Source: an uncultured Gammaproteobacteria bacterium (GTDB taxonomy: Bacteria > Patescibacteriota > Patescibacteriia > Magasanikbacterales > UBA922). From it: a stretch of 64,000 bases of DNA. The notes beneath the pieces are model-generated. The model ran no database searches. It was not told where the DNA came from and saw only the letters and a list, made by a program, of their open reading frames with translations. Made by a program: the position numbers and the translations under genes. The DNA lies in assembly GCA_964447765.1 (NCBI GenBank), contig CAYUTO010000003.1:72919-136918 (forward strand), read 5' to 3'. Shown one piece after another: positions 29,020-39,047 of this stretch; the first letter of the stretch is position 1, and every line of letters begins with the position of its first letter.

Positions 29020-29643
29020 TTAATTCGTTTTCAAATTTCTGATATGAGTAAGTGATTCGACCCTCAAGGGCACTGGACTTTTAGTCACATCCTTTTCGAT
29101 TTCAATAATAATTTTTATCATTCGGATATTGGTAAGAGTAATCGGGAGAGTCATCGCAGCTTGTGACCCCGTATATGATTCTGTAAAATACTGAAATGTT
29201 GGTGTGCCTCTACTTGCGTTTTGCACATAACTTGCAATAGTAGTGATTTGCTCCTGACCTGTATAACTCAGGGGATTTCCACTTGGTTTCAATATTCCTC
29301 TCCTCAAATCAGTACCTGAAAGCCAATAACGCACCCGCTCACGTAAACTATCTCCATCAATATTTGCATACACCGTGAGAGATGAAGTGGTAGCCTGTGC
29401 AACTGGATACGAACCAATACTCGATTGTTCGGCAGTTCTAATCGTATTGACGATTTCAGAAATTACACGACGAGCGTCTTTTTGACCAAATAATTGATCA
29501 TTGAGTATGCGCTGATTGCGAAAACTCAATATGATAAATGATGTAGCTCCCAACATTACAATCATAGTGATTCCTAATACCACTGATACTTCAATCAAGC
29601 TCATGCCCCGAGTATACTCACTTTTTTTTGTAAAAACTTTCAT
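29020..29643 (-). CDS. Prepilin-type N-terminal cleavage/methylation domain protein (pseudopilin/minor pilin)
   Basis: Class III signal RG|MSLIEVSVVLGI at the N-terminus. Confidence 0.7.
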   Translation of the reverse strand: MKVFTKKSEYTRGMSLIEVSVVLGITMIVMLGATSFIILSFRNQRILNDQLFGQKDARRVISEIVNTIRTAEQSSIGSYPVAQATTSSLTVYANIDGDSLRERVRYWLSGTDLRRGILKPSGNPLSYTGQEQITTIASYVQNASRGTPTFQYFTESYTGSQAAMTLPITLTNIRMIKIIIEIEKDVTKSPVPLRVESLTHIRNLKTN

Positions 29644-31442
29644 AGTGAAGTTAACTCTGTAATAATAAAATGATCAGTCGTGACTTGAAAAATATCTTCA
29701 TGATCTTGATATCCAACAGCCTCAACACGGATCGTATATTCTCCTGCGGCCAGATTTCCTACATACACCTGCCCAGGAGGAGTGCAGGCGTTGGTGTACA
29801 CAAAAGTAAGATCGGACAATAACGGCGAAACAGCAGAATCGATCGTATCAAAATATACTCGATACCTCATGTATCGCTCACCATCATGAGTATCAGAAAT
29901 ATTTACACTACTTTGTGTAAAATACGTACCACCTGTTCCGTCAGGCCCTACAAATACCCAATTTTGTCCCGTACTTGAAGGACTTGTTGCCATTTGAAAA
30001 CGAACCGTGGTTGAAGGTGACTGAGCCATTGGGTTCCATGACCAGATGATATAGCGGGCATTTTCTCCGGTATCAATTGTTGATGATTCGAGATATCCGT
30101 TTGAAACATATACGCTACCATTTCGTGAAAGCGTTAGATTCCCTGGACTAGTAAGCGCATCAATACCACTTCCTGAACTATACCCTAATCCTGTACCAAA
30201 GCTTTCATTATTAGAGCCTCCCGACCAATCAGTCTGTGAAATACTTCCAACTCCAGTATTTTTTACTACTGAAAATCCGTTTGGTCCGGTAATTGTTACC
30301 GTAGCATTTGCAATAGGCGCTGACTGGTGTTCAGCTAGTATGATTAGCGATCTATTTGTATTTGGTCCCACAATCAATGTTCCCACCTCTGCTGCACCAG
30401 GTAATACAGTCATAGGCACATCGGGAATAGTCCCTAGAAGATCATATCCTGTTACTGATAAGCCATAGCTATCCCATGGTACATTCAAGTTCGATTTCAC
30501 TCCATTCCCATCAGTAGTATAGCTTTGATTTATCAGATATACACTCGGATTTGCTCCAATCATACGACTTCCCTTTATCTGAAAAGGAACATTTGGTACG
30601 ACATTACACTGAGCATTTTTCGTTTCTACACTTACACTGGATAATTCATCAATTGTAAGTGTTAGATTACTCACTGCTTGCTTAAGAATCGTCACATTCG
30701 GACTTGTAGGATTTGGGTTGGTTGAACTTGGTGCGTAGGTTTTATCCGTTGTGTAACCTGTCTTTGTAGCTTGTATAAAATATTTTGCAGTACCGGTGAC
30801 TAAATCATAAATACGCAAAAATCCATTATTATCAGTAGTATCAACAAAGTTGTAAGAAGGATTAGTGCTTGTTGCAATTACGGTCACCGATGCACCAGTA
30901 ACCGGATTTCCATAAGCGTCTATTACTTGAACAAACAATGCACCGTGATTGAGATTACCTTCAAGATATTTAGGTGCAATATAGGTATACATTGAGAAAG
31001 GTTCAGCTTGATCGCATGAAATACATCGTGCCTCAATCTGAACAAATTTATAATCATTTGGTGCAGTATCAGTAGGAGTTCCCCCGATCAAACCATCAAA
31101 CGGATCATCAATATTTCGGATGGTTCGAATGATTTCAAAACGCATCCCATTTCGGATAGTAGTGGTAGTATACTCAAACACGCCCGAAGGACTCCCATTG
31201 ATAATTCCCACGCTCTCAAATGGCGCATTATGCATAATTTCCATCTGCTCATTGAGGACTGCCGTTGCAAGAATACGAACGCGAGAATGATACACCAATG
31301 AAAAACTCAATTGGATACTCCCAAAAATTCCTACGATAAATAGACCAAAAATACCGAGTGCTACTACCGCCTCAATCAATGTAAATCCTCTCGATATAGA
31401 TGTTGATTTCATCAAAAAACGATTATAGGACACTTGACTCAC
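29640..31442 (-). CDS. Large prepilin-like protein (type IV pilin N-terminus, ~600 aa)
   Basis: SRG|FTLIEAVVALGIFGLFIVG N-terminal motif, then a long T/S/N/G-rich beta-type domain. Confidence 0.7.
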   Translation of the reverse strand: MSQVSYNRFLMKSTSISRGFTLIEAVVALGIFGLFIVGIFGSIQLSFSLVYHSRVRILATAVLNEQMEIMHNAPFESVGIINGSPSGVFEYTTTTIRNGMRFEIIRTIRNIDDPFDGLIGGTPTDTAPNDYKFVQIEARCISCDQAEPFSMYTYIAPKYLEGNLNHGALFVQVIDAYGNPVTGASVTVIATSTNPSYNFVDTTDNNGFLRIYDLVTGTAKYFIQATKTGYTTDKTYAPSSTNPNPTSPNVTILKQAVSNLTLTIDELSSVSVETKNAQCNVVPNVPFQIKGSRMIGANPSVYLINQSYTTDGNGVKSNLNVPWDSYGLSVTGYDLLGTIPDVPMTVLPGAAEVGTLIVGPNTNRSLIILAEHQSAPIANATVTITGPNGFSVVKNTGVGSISQTDWSGGSNNESFGTGLGYSSGSGIDALTSPGNLTLSRNGSVYVSNGYLESSTIDTGENARYIIWSWNPMAQSPSTTVRFQMATSPSSTGQNWVFVGPDGTGGTYFTQSSVNISDTHDGERYMRYRVYFDTIDSAVSPLLSDLTFVYTNACTPPGQVYVGNLAAGEYTIRVEAVGYQDHEDIFQVTTDHFIITELTSL

Positions 31443-31884
31443 TTATTATTCTTTCGACAATGCGTACAACCTCTTCCTTTGTTTTTACCGGATGAGAAGG
31501 ATTTTTTTCCTCTTTCATAAGCGCTTCCACCAGATCATCCTTCATTTCTAATAATTCTTGCTTATGTTCAGTAATTTTTTGTTTTAAAGCGGTTATTACT
31601 TTTCTATCTTGTACCACGGACGTTGGATCCTCTTGTGTACTTAGTTGTAATTGTGTTTTCAACGCGGCAATCGCTGCGACTACGTGCTGAATATGTACTA
31701 CCAAATTTTGCACCTGCTTAGTGGTATTTTTTACTTCTTTTATTAAATATTCAGCTCGTTCACGTGTAGCTGCTGCCTTTAATTCTTCACTCACTTCTCC
31801 TTCTTTTTCTTCTCTACGTTCTTTATTTTTTTCTCTTTCGAGATGATGATTTTTTTCTACAGTCTCCATATTTTTTATTTTCAC
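31423..31884 (-). CDS. Coiled-coil charged protein (hypothetical), first gene of the minus-strand pilin operon
   Basis: 153 aa, E/K-rich; overlaps the downstream pilin gene by 20 nt. Confidence 0.4.
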   Translation of the reverse strand: MKIKNMETVEKNHHLEREKNKERREEKEGEVSEELKAAATRERAEYLIKEVKNTTKQVQNLVVHIQHVVAAIAALKTQLQLSTQEDPTSVVQDRKVITALKQKITEHKQELLEMKDDLVEALMKEEKNPSHPVKTKEEVVRIVERIISESSVL

Positions 31885-31918
31885 TATAGATTTTTGATAA
31901 GTATATCACATCAGATAA

Positions 31919-31992
31919 TTGAAGACTAAAAATCGAAGATTAAATGCAGATATTCCAATCTTTAATCTTCGATTTTTATTTTTTATTCTTTC
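31919..31992. repeat. Intergenic palindromic repeat, family R2
   Basis: gaagactaaaaatcgaagattaaa ... tttaatcttcgatttttattttttattcttt. Confidence 0.65.
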
Positions 31993-31994
31993 AA

Positions 31995-32040
31995 AAAAAA
32001 CAAAAACACCCCGTTTGTCGGGATGTTTTTTAGCGAATCG
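31995..32040 (-). terminator. Rho-independent terminator of rpsR (minus strand)
   Basis: Minus strand reads catcccgacaaacggggtgtttttgtttttttt. Confidence 0.55.
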
Positions 32041-32046
32041 TACAAT

Positions 32047-32280
32047 TTATTTCGGCACAAAGGCGAGAAGTCCTGCGATACGAGCTTGTTTGATTGCTCG
32101 TGCAATCTGACGCTGATGTTTTGCGCAGAGTCCGCTTCTTCGGCGAGGTTGAATCTTCATATATGAAGAGGTAAACCTGCGAAGTGATTCATTGTCTTTG
32201 TAATCAATGTGTTTTTTCTTGTCGATACAGAAGAAGCATTGCTTTTGCTTTTTCAGTTTTTGATTTTTCACTGGATTCAT
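32047..32280 (-). CDS. rpsR: 30S ribosomal protein S18
   Basis: CFFC...IDYKD...LRRF...GLCAKHQRQIARAIKQAR; canonical S18. Confidence 0.9.
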   Translation of the reverse strand: MNPVKNQKLKKQKQCFFCIDKKKHIDYKDNESLRRFTSSYMKIQPRRRSGLCAKHQRQIARAIKQARIAGLLAFVPK

Positions 32281-32297
32281 ACATTACTTCATTTTGA

Positions 32298-32744
32298 TTA
32301 AAACGGGATATCTTCTACTTTTATTTCATCATCAGGAGCGGTTGTTGGAGCACTTGGTCTCTCATCTTCTTCTTTTCCTCCGCCGAATGACTCTCCTTGG
32401 CTACCTGCACCACCTCGTGGCGCATCAAGCATAATTAGATTTTCTGCAATAAGCTCGGTTCGATAGCGTTTCACACCATCTTGACCGGTCCACTCTCTCG
32501 TTTCCAGACGTCCTTCGATATACACACGACGTCCTTTTCCGAGATATTGACCCGAGATGTCCGCAAGCTTTCCCCATAACACCACATTGTGGTATTCAGG
32601 GCGCTCTTGGCGCGTACCTGAGGCATCTTTCCACACTCTGCTTGTTGCTACACCGATATTTGCGACACTTTGACCAGAAGGGGTACTTCTGACTTCAGGA
32701 TCCCGGGTAAGACGCCCGAGGATCATAGCTCGATTCAGGTCCAT
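32298..32744 (-). CDS. ssb: Single-stranded DNA-binding protein
   Basis: OB-fold N-terminus MDLNRAMILGRLTRDPEVR ... WGKLA. Gly-rich linker and acidic C-terminal tip DDEIKVEDIPF. Confidence 0.9.
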   Translation of the reverse strand: MDLNRAMILGRLTRDPEVRSTPSGQSVANIGVATSRVWKDASGTRQERPEYHNVVLWGKLADISGQYLGKGRRVYIEGRLETREWTGQDGVKRYRTELIAENLIMLDAPRGGAGSQGESFGGGKEEDERPSAPTTAPDDEIKVEDIPF

Positions 32745-32811
32745 AGAGAAATGAGTTATAAATAAGTGCCGAACCCTCCTTGGTTTAGGGAACGACTAGG
32801 ACTTATACTCA

Positions 32812-33330
32812 TTATACCTTATCAATATCTTTCTGCAATATCTCATCAAGCTTTTCACCAATATTTTCCAAATTAAGGCTTGATTCAGCAGGAACACTCT
32901 CCTTTTTCTCTTCAGGTACCACTTCAGATCGTTCCTTATACTCTCTTCGTACCTCAGGCCGGCCTCCTCGGGTAGGCAAATCAGCTTTTGGAGGAGCGCT
33001 CAAGGCTGTAGGATCTAGAGCCAAGGTAATCGTACTTTTTTGTTTGGAATCATGCACCTGAACTCCCACTCGGAGGATACCCCCAATAAGTCTGATACTC
33101 TGCTCGAGAGCCAGAACCTTCTCAGGGAGAATCTCTATAGTAAAAAACTCAAAATATCCATATCGGATATGCTTCATTGGGTATGCAAGTCTACTTTTGC
33201 CCAAATCGACTCTTTTGATTTCTTCAGCCCCATGTGCTTTGAGCTGACTTTCGATCTGTGCAGCAATCGGAGCTACCTCGTCTTCAGCGAGCGTGCCCGG
33301 GAGTACGCACAATATCTCATACTTTTTCAT
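32812..33330 (-). CDS. rpsF: 30S ribosomal protein S6 (with C-terminal extension)
   Basis: MKKYEILCVLPGTL ... SRLAYPMKHIRYGYF N-terminal domain. Conserved rpsF-ssb-rpsR order. Confidence 0.85.
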   Translation of the reverse strand: MKKYEILCVLPGTLAEDEVAPIAAQIESQLKAHGAEEIKRVDLGKSRLAYPMKHIRYGYFEFFTIEILPEKVLALEQSIRLIGGILRVGVQVHDSKQKSTITLALDPTALSAPPKADLPTRGGRPEVRREYKERSEVVPEEKKESVPAESSLNLENIGEKLDEILQKDIDKV

Positions 33331-33465
33331 AACTTTGACCTTTCAAAAATACACGTTAAATTAAATATTTTTAGATACTAAAACGACACCAATTTTATTT
33401 TTACGACCGCGGAGACTATATCAATGTATAAGGTATTTGTCAATAGAGTAGTTAGCACGGAAATA

Positions 33466-33536
33466 TTGAAGATTAAAGATTAAAAATGGGATATCTTTAT
33501 ATTAATCCTCATTCTTCAGTCTTTAATTTTTAATCT
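33466..33536. repeat. Intergenic palindromic repeat, family R2
   Basis: ttgaagattaaagattaaaaatggg ... agtctttaatttttaatctc. Confidence 0.6.
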
Positions 33537-33558
33537 CATAGTACGTGATACAAAAAAT

Positions 33559-35319
33559 GTGCTATACTATGCACTGATTAGTCGAGCATCAACTCACTTT
33601 CTTATGTTACCTTTGGAAGAGTTCAAAAAACTTCTTGCTAAAAAATTTAAATTAACCGCGGCACAAATTGCTACCCATCTTGAAGATGCACAAAACCGAG
33701 GTCGCGATTTGGAAACGTACCTGATTGAAAAGAACGTGGTAAAAGAAGATGCTTTGTACGAAGCGGTCGCAGAAGAATATGGATTGTCTCGAGTTTCCTT
33801 AAAAGGACGCGATATTCCTTCTGAAACATTACATGAATTACCTGAAGCTTTTGCTGAAGCGCACCGTATTGTAGCATTTGAAAGTACACCAACGTCCCTC
33901 AAAATTGCCCTTACTGATCCGACCGATGTACAAACTATCGAATTTATACGCAGAAAAAGTAGAAAAGACCTTGAAGTCTTTATTACCACTCCTCGCGAAA
34001 CCAAAGAAGCTTTGCGTAGGTACCGCTCAAACCTCAAACAAGAACTGAGCCAACCGCTTGCACACTCAGATCCTACAGACCTCAAAAAAGCTGCTGAGGA
34101 ACTTCCGATTATTAATATTGTTAATTCGATTCTCGAACATTCGGTATTCGAGAACTCTAGTGATATTCATATCGAACCGACTGAACTCGATGTGGTTGTT
34201 CGATTTCGTATTGATGGAATCCTACGCGAAATGATGCACTTACCGAAAGCGGTGCAGAGCGGTATTGTTGCCCGAATTAAAATTCTTTCAAACTTAAAAA
34301 TTGATGAACACATGATTCCGCAGGATGGACGATTTAAAATCTCTGTTCAAGGAGAAACATTATCGTTTCGTGTCTCAATCATTCCAGTGTATGACGGAGA
34401 AAAGATTGTCATGCGTCTTCTCCATGAAGGACAAAAACCGTTAACACTCGATGAACTTGGATTTTTACCTGGAATCAAAGAGCTTGTTGATGAGGCGATT
34501 GAAAAACCGCACGGCATGGTATTAGTTACAGGTCCTACCGGATCAGGAAAAACGACGACGCTTTATTCCATATTGGGAATGCTCAATCAGCCCGATGTAA
34601 ATATCTGCACGATTGAAGATCCGATCGAATACCACGTAACGGGTATTAATCAAAGTCAGATTAATCCTAAAGCTGGATTTACCTTTGCATCAGGACTTCG
34701 TTCGTTCCTTCGTCAAGATCCTGACATTATCATGGTGGGAGAAATTCGTGACAAGGAAACTGCGGAAATCGCCATTCATGCTGCGATGACCGGACACTTA
34801 GTATTATCAACCCTACACACCAATGATGCGCCTACTACCATCCCCCGTTTACTCGACATGGATATTCCGCCATTCTTGGTTGCATTCACTGCAAATATCA
34901 TTATTGCACAACGATTGGTTAGAAAAATCTGCCCCAATTGCAAAGAGTCGTTTAAACTAACCGCGAAAGAATTAAAACAACTACACTCTCTCATTGATAA
35001 ATCAAAAATGACTACTCTTTTCAAAGAACATGGAGTAACACTCACTGCAAAAGAAAAAAATCTCGAATCACTCACCTTTTATCGTGGTAAAGGATGTAAA
35101 AAATGCGAAGGCTCTGGATACAAAGGTCGTATCGGAATTTATGAAGTAATGGTAATTGACGAAGAACTTCAAAAAATTATCAATACCAAAGCTAATGCAA
35201 ATGATATTAAAGCGCACGCTATAAAAAATGGCATGCTTACTCTATTTCAAGATGGACTCATAAAGTCAAAACAAGGTATGACGACTATCGAAGAAGTACT
35301 CCGCGCAAGCAAAGACTAA
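33559..35319 (+). CDS. pilB: Type IV pilus assembly ATPase PilB (GspE family)
   Basis: Walker A VTGPTGSGKTTT, Asp box, Walker B and His box, plus a C-terminal Cys tetrad (CPNC...CKKCEGSG). N-terminal GSPII_E_N-like domain. Confidence 0.9.
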   Translation: MLYYALISRASTHFLMLPLEEFKKLLAKKFKLTAAQIATHLEDAQNRGRDLETYLIEKNVVKEDALYEAVAEEYGLSRVSLKGRDIPSETLHELPEAFAEAHRIVAFESTPTSLKIALTDPTDVQTIEFIRRKSRKDLEVFITTPRETKEALRRYRSNLKQELSQPLAHSDPTDLKKAAEELPIINIVNSILEHSVFENSSDIHIEPTELDVVVRFRIDGILREMMHLPKAVQSGIVARIKILSNLKIDEHMIPQDGRFKISVQGETLSFRVSIIPVYDGEKIVMRLLHEGQKPLTLDELGFLPGIKELVDEAIEKPHGMVLVTGPTGSGKTTTLYSILGMLNQPDVNICTIEDPIEYHVTGINQSQINPKAGFTFASGLRSFLRQDPDIIMVGEIRDKETAEIAIHAAMTGHLVLSTLHTNDAPTTIPRLLDMDIPPFLVAFTANIIIAQRLVRKICPNCKESFKLTAKELKQLHSLIDKSKMTTLFKEHGVTLTAKEKNLESLTFYRGKGCKKCEGSGYKGRIGIYEVMVIDEELQKIINTKANANDIKAHAIKNGMLTLFQDGLIKSKQGMTTIEEVLRASKD

Positions 35320-35323
35320 TTAT

Positions 35324-36448
35324 ATGACAAGTTCTGCACTACGAAATGCATCACAATTAAAGGAAGCGCGTCCATCACGCCAATTTTTTAGTTCTCGACA
35401 TGTGAAAATTCCCATGGTTGATCGTATTTTTTTTCTCGATCATTTAAAAACCATGATTCATGCAGGACTCTCACTCATCGAAGCATTGCATGTGCTCGCA
35501 AAAGAAGCGCAGAATAAAAAATTTGCTCGTATTGTAAAGGAAATTACCGATCATGTAGAAAAAGGAAACCAACTAAGTGATAGTCTCATGCTCTATCCAA
35601 AAATTTTTCCTGATTTGCAAACAAAAATGATTGCGTCTGGTGAAATTGCAGGAAAACTTGAAGATGCACTCGATCAAGTGGTTGTGCAAATGAAAAAAAA
35701 TCATGCACTTGTTGCGAGTGTTAAAGGAGCGCTCATTTATCCTTCCGTAATTGTAGGTGCGATTCTCATTATTGGGATCCTCATGGTCACTATGGTCCTC
35801 CCTAAGCTTACCGCCATGTTTGATGAATTCGAGGCTGAACTCCCACTCTCAACCAAAGTGTTGATTGGTATTACAGACTTTTTGTCACAGCCACTCAATT
35901 TGATACTTGTCCTTGGTGTTACAGCTCTCTTTGTTACCCTCTTTATTGTCATGATAAAAAAGAATGTAGCCTTTAGGTATTTTATGCACGGGGTTATCCT
36001 CCACTTACCTATTTTTGGAGCGATTGTAAAAAAAGTTAATCTCGCACGATTTTCTATAACCTTATCATCCCTTCTCAAAAGTACTATTCCGATTGTCGAC
36101 GCCGTACGTATTGCTGGAGAAACATGCAAAAATGTCCGATACCGAGGAGCACTTCTCAATGCCACTGAAAACCTTTCCAAAGGTGAACAATTATCAGATA
36201 CTCTTGCTACCAGTCCAAAACTGTTTCCACCTATGGTAACTGAAATGGTGATGGTAGGAGAAAAAACGGGTGAAATAGATCATTTACTGCAAGAACTTGC
36301 ATCATTCTATTCAGACGAAGTTGATAAAACCATGAAAAATTTTTCAACCATTATTGAACCGGTGATTATTATTTTACTCGGCGTAGGTGTTGCAGGTATC
36401 GCTGTTTCCATCATCATGCCGATGTATTCACTCACCCAAGCTTTCTAA
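35324..36448 (+). CDS. pilC: Type IV pilus inner-membrane platform protein PilC (GspF family)
   Basis: Two GspF repeats, each with TM helices. Characteristic DALDQVV and PLLNATENLSKGEQLSD regions. Confidence 0.85.
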   Translation: MTSSALRNASQLKEARPSRQFFSSRHVKIPMVDRIFFLDHLKTMIHAGLSLIEALHVLAKEAQNKKFARIVKEITDHVEKGNQLSDSLMLYPKIFPDLQTKMIASGEIAGKLEDALDQVVVQMKKNHALVASVKGALIYPSVIVGAILIIGILMVTMVLPKLTAMFDEFEAELPLSTKVLIGITDFLSQPLNLILVLGVTALFVTLFIVMIKKNVAFRYFMHGVILHLPIFGAIVKKVNLARFSITLSSLLKSTIPIVDAVRIAGETCKNVRYRGALLNATENLSKGEQLSDTLATSPKLFPPMVTEMVMVGEKTGEIDHLLQELASFYSDEVDKTMKNFSTIIEPVIIILLGVGVAGIAVSIIMPMYSLTQAF

Positions 36449-36457
36449 ACTATTCAC

Positions 36458-37564
36458 ATGCTTACCCATCCTTTTCCACATGCATTTGGAATCGATATCG
36501 GAGACCGATCAGTAAAACTGGTCCAACTTAGAAATCGTGAAAAAATTAGAAGCACGACTTTCCAGCCAGTTGCAATGCGTACCTGTCCTCTCGAGCCAGG
36601 ACTCGTAGTCAATGGAATTATTGAACAACCAGAAATGGTTCGAAAAAAAATAGAAAAACTGCTCAAAGGTTCTGGCCGAGGTGAGCACCCAATCAAGAGC
36701 CCATGGGTCGTAGCGTCAGTCCCTGAAAATCATAGTTTTCTGAAACTTATCTCAATACCGGACAGCGACATAGCTATTGCAGAGGCGCCCGATGTACTTA
36801 ATTTGATTTCAACATACTTACCTGTAGACGATCTTTCCACTTACTCAGTAGATTGGCACGTGGTGCAACCTGAGGGCAATGATACTGAAGTGCGAATTTT
36901 GGTAGGTGCAATTCCTAAACGTATTGGTGACAGCTACACCTATTTACTCGAAAGTCTCGGCCTCGGAGTAATGGCGCTTGAAATTGAAGAAGTTGCAATT
37001 GCCCGTTCAATGGTGACCGCGCACAAAGAGTACAAAGAAGAAGCTCGTGCGATTATCGACATTGGTTCAACCCGCACCCAGGTCATCATATATGACCGTG
37101 ATGTTATTCAATTCAGCACAGTGCTTCCTTTTTCAGGAGAAATGTTGACCCATGCCATCATGGATTCACAAAAAGTAGATGAAGCTACTGCAGAAAAAAT
37201 AAAAATTGATACTGGATTAGAAATTCCACAGGGCAAAAAAAATACTCCCGCACTTCTCAAATTAGTACATGCATTTTCCAAATCTCTCGAACACACATTC
37301 TCATCATACTATGGTCACAACACTCGTGCTAATAGAATTACCCGTATTGTCTTGTGCGGAGGATCGTGTAATTTAGTTCATCTCGACACCGTCCTCAACG
37401 AAGCTTTAGGTGTTGAGTGTGTACGGGGAAATGTATGGAAAAATCTTGGTATTGATCCCAAGCATGCGCCCATGGATAATACGTTAGCTCTGTCATACGC
37501 AACAGCCATTGGACTCGCCCTTCGAGCAGCTGATAATCCATTTAGCAAACGCGACACTATCTAA
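36458..37564 (+). CDS. pilM: Type IV pilus assembly protein PilM (actin-like ATPase)
   Basis: FGIDIGDRSVKLVQL N-terminal phosphate-1 motif ... IDIGSTRTQV ... CGGSCNL. Confidence 0.8.
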   Translation: MLTHPFPHAFGIDIGDRSVKLVQLRNREKIRSTTFQPVAMRTCPLEPGLVVNGIIEQPEMVRKKIEKLLKGSGRGEHPIKSPWVVASVPENHSFLKLISIPDSDIAIAEAPDVLNLISTYLPVDDLSTYSVDWHVVQPEGNDTEVRILVGAIPKRIGDSYTYLLESLGLGVMALEIEEVAIARSMVTAHKEYKEEARAIIDIGSTRTQVIIYDRDVIQFSTVLPFSGEMLTHAIMDSQKVDEATAEKIKIDTGLEIPQGKKNTPALLKLVHAFSKSLEHTFSSYYGHNTRANRITRIVLCGGSCNLVHLDTVLNEALGVECVRGNVWKNLGIDPKHAPMDNTLALSYATAIGLALRAADNPFSKRDTI

Positions 37565-37569
37565 TCAGT

Positions 37570-38100
37570 ATGATGTTTCCAGTTCGAATCAATGTATTAT
37601 CAGATTCAAAAAAAGCCCACCTCAAACGCTTGGCACTTTTTACTTATCTCAAAAGTTCTTTTGCACTCGTATTCTCACTGATTGCAGTACTTGCCGCCGT
37701 ACTTCTAGTTACTGAAAGTTTTTTTATTGATTACCGCGCAGCTCTCACCTACGGAGTACTCTCAGGAAGACGATCATACCTCATTGACACTCAACGAATT
37801 GGAGCGACCAATAGCCAACTCAAGAAAATCGAACAAACACAATCCACGTTTACACTCTGGTCACCTCGGGTACACACTATTCTTGCTGCCCTTCCACCAG
37901 GAATTGAGGTGAGTTCTATTATTTTAGACGGAGAAACAAACACCTTTTCCCTTGCAGGAGTTGCTGCTTCACGCGAAGTGCTCGGTCTGTGCGAAACAGC
38001 TATGAAAACACTTCCCATACTTGAATCAGTACAGATACCATTGGGAGAACTTACTCGTAAAGAAGATATTCCGTTTACTATCACTGCAACGCTCAAATAA
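37570..38100 (+). CDS. PilN-like bitopic membrane protein
   Basis: 176 aa with a single TM near the N-terminus; positioned directly after pilM. Confidence 0.5.
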   Translation: MMFPVRINVLSDSKKAHLKRLALFTYLKSSFALVFSLIAVLAAVLLVTESFFIDYRAALTYGVLSGRRSYLIDTQRIGATNSQLKKIEQTQSTFTLWSPRVHTILAALPPGIEVSSIILDGETNTFSLAGVAASREVLGLCETAMKTLPILESVQIPLGELTRKEDIPFTITATLK

Positions 38101-38101
38101 T

Positions 38102-38662
38102 ATGAGATTCACAATTACTCACAAACTTATTTTTACTACTACGTTCTTCTTCTCTGCAGGAATTGGCGTGATATTCGGTTTTATTTTCCCTTCACTGAAC
38201 TCGATCACCCAAACTACTGATGCCATGGTTGCACAAGTGAGCGCTGACAATGAAGAACTGGAACGCGTACGGCTGCTTCGCAGATCACTTATCGAAATAG
38301 ACACTGTTGAGGAGGACTTATCACGTACTACTGCAATTTCAATTACCCGGTCAGAAGAAGAAAAATTAATTGAATTAATCGAGTTTATTGCGGAGCGAAA
38401 TGGTGTAGACCAAGAACTATCAGTTTCTTACCAACCTTACGAAGACGCGACACAGTTTATCGGATATTACCTTTTTTCATTCTCTACCAAAGGACCCTTA
38501 GAACGTATCGAAAGCTATCTAGTCGATCTTGAATCAATTCCGTATTATCTGAGCATTAAAGGTCTGACTATTGAAAAAAATTCAAAATTAGGAGAGAATC
38601 ATGTTGTCATGACTTTTAGAGCGACGCTTAATACTACGAGTGAACCATCTTATGTTAACTAA
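38102..38662 (+). CDS. PilO-like bitopic membrane protein
   Basis: Start at MRFTITHK with a single N-terminal TM and coiled-coil. Positional call. Confidence 0.45.
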   Translation: MRFTITHKLIFTTTFFFSAGIGVIFGFIFPSLNSITQTTDAMVAQVSADNEELERVRLLRRSLIEIDTVEEDLSRTTAISITRSEEEKLIELIEFIAERNGVDQELSVSYQPYEDATQFIGYYLFSFSTKGPLERIESYLVDLESIPYYLSIKGLTIEKNSKLGENHVVMTFRATLNTTSEPSYVN

Positions 38663-39047
38663 TACTCCCAAACGCATAGACAATCCGATCCCCCCTGAAT
38701 TCGCAAACGTTTCAGTACTTCGACTGATTACGATTGGAGTTGCGCTCATTTGTCTCACTGTCACGAGCTATGCCACCTGGACGGTATACCTTATGTCCAA
38801 TCGAATATCTACCTACGAGACTGATTTTCAAGCACAAATTGTATCAAAAAGTGTAGGTCCAGTGAATTTCGCACTTCTCGAACAAGTCTTGTTGATTGAC
38901 AGTGAAAAACAACAAATGGAATTTATTCCTCCTATTCGGGATCCTTTTTACGACCAGACAATCACTTCAACGATCAGTGGCGCCTCAGTTGGCTCAACTA
39001 CAACACCTATTATTCCCGAGGCTACGTCCTCTACTACTGGCTTATGA
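38640..39047 (+). CDS. Small membrane-anchored protein (possible PilP-like)
   Basis: 135 aa with one TM and an S/T-rich tail. Positional call only. Confidence 0.35.
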   Translation: MNHLMLTNTPKRIDNPIPPEFANVSVLRLITIGVALICLTVTSYATWTVYLMSNRISTYETDFQAQIVSKSVGPVNFALLEQVLLIDSEKQQMEFIPPIRDPFYDQTITSTISGASVGSTTTPIIPEATSSTTGL

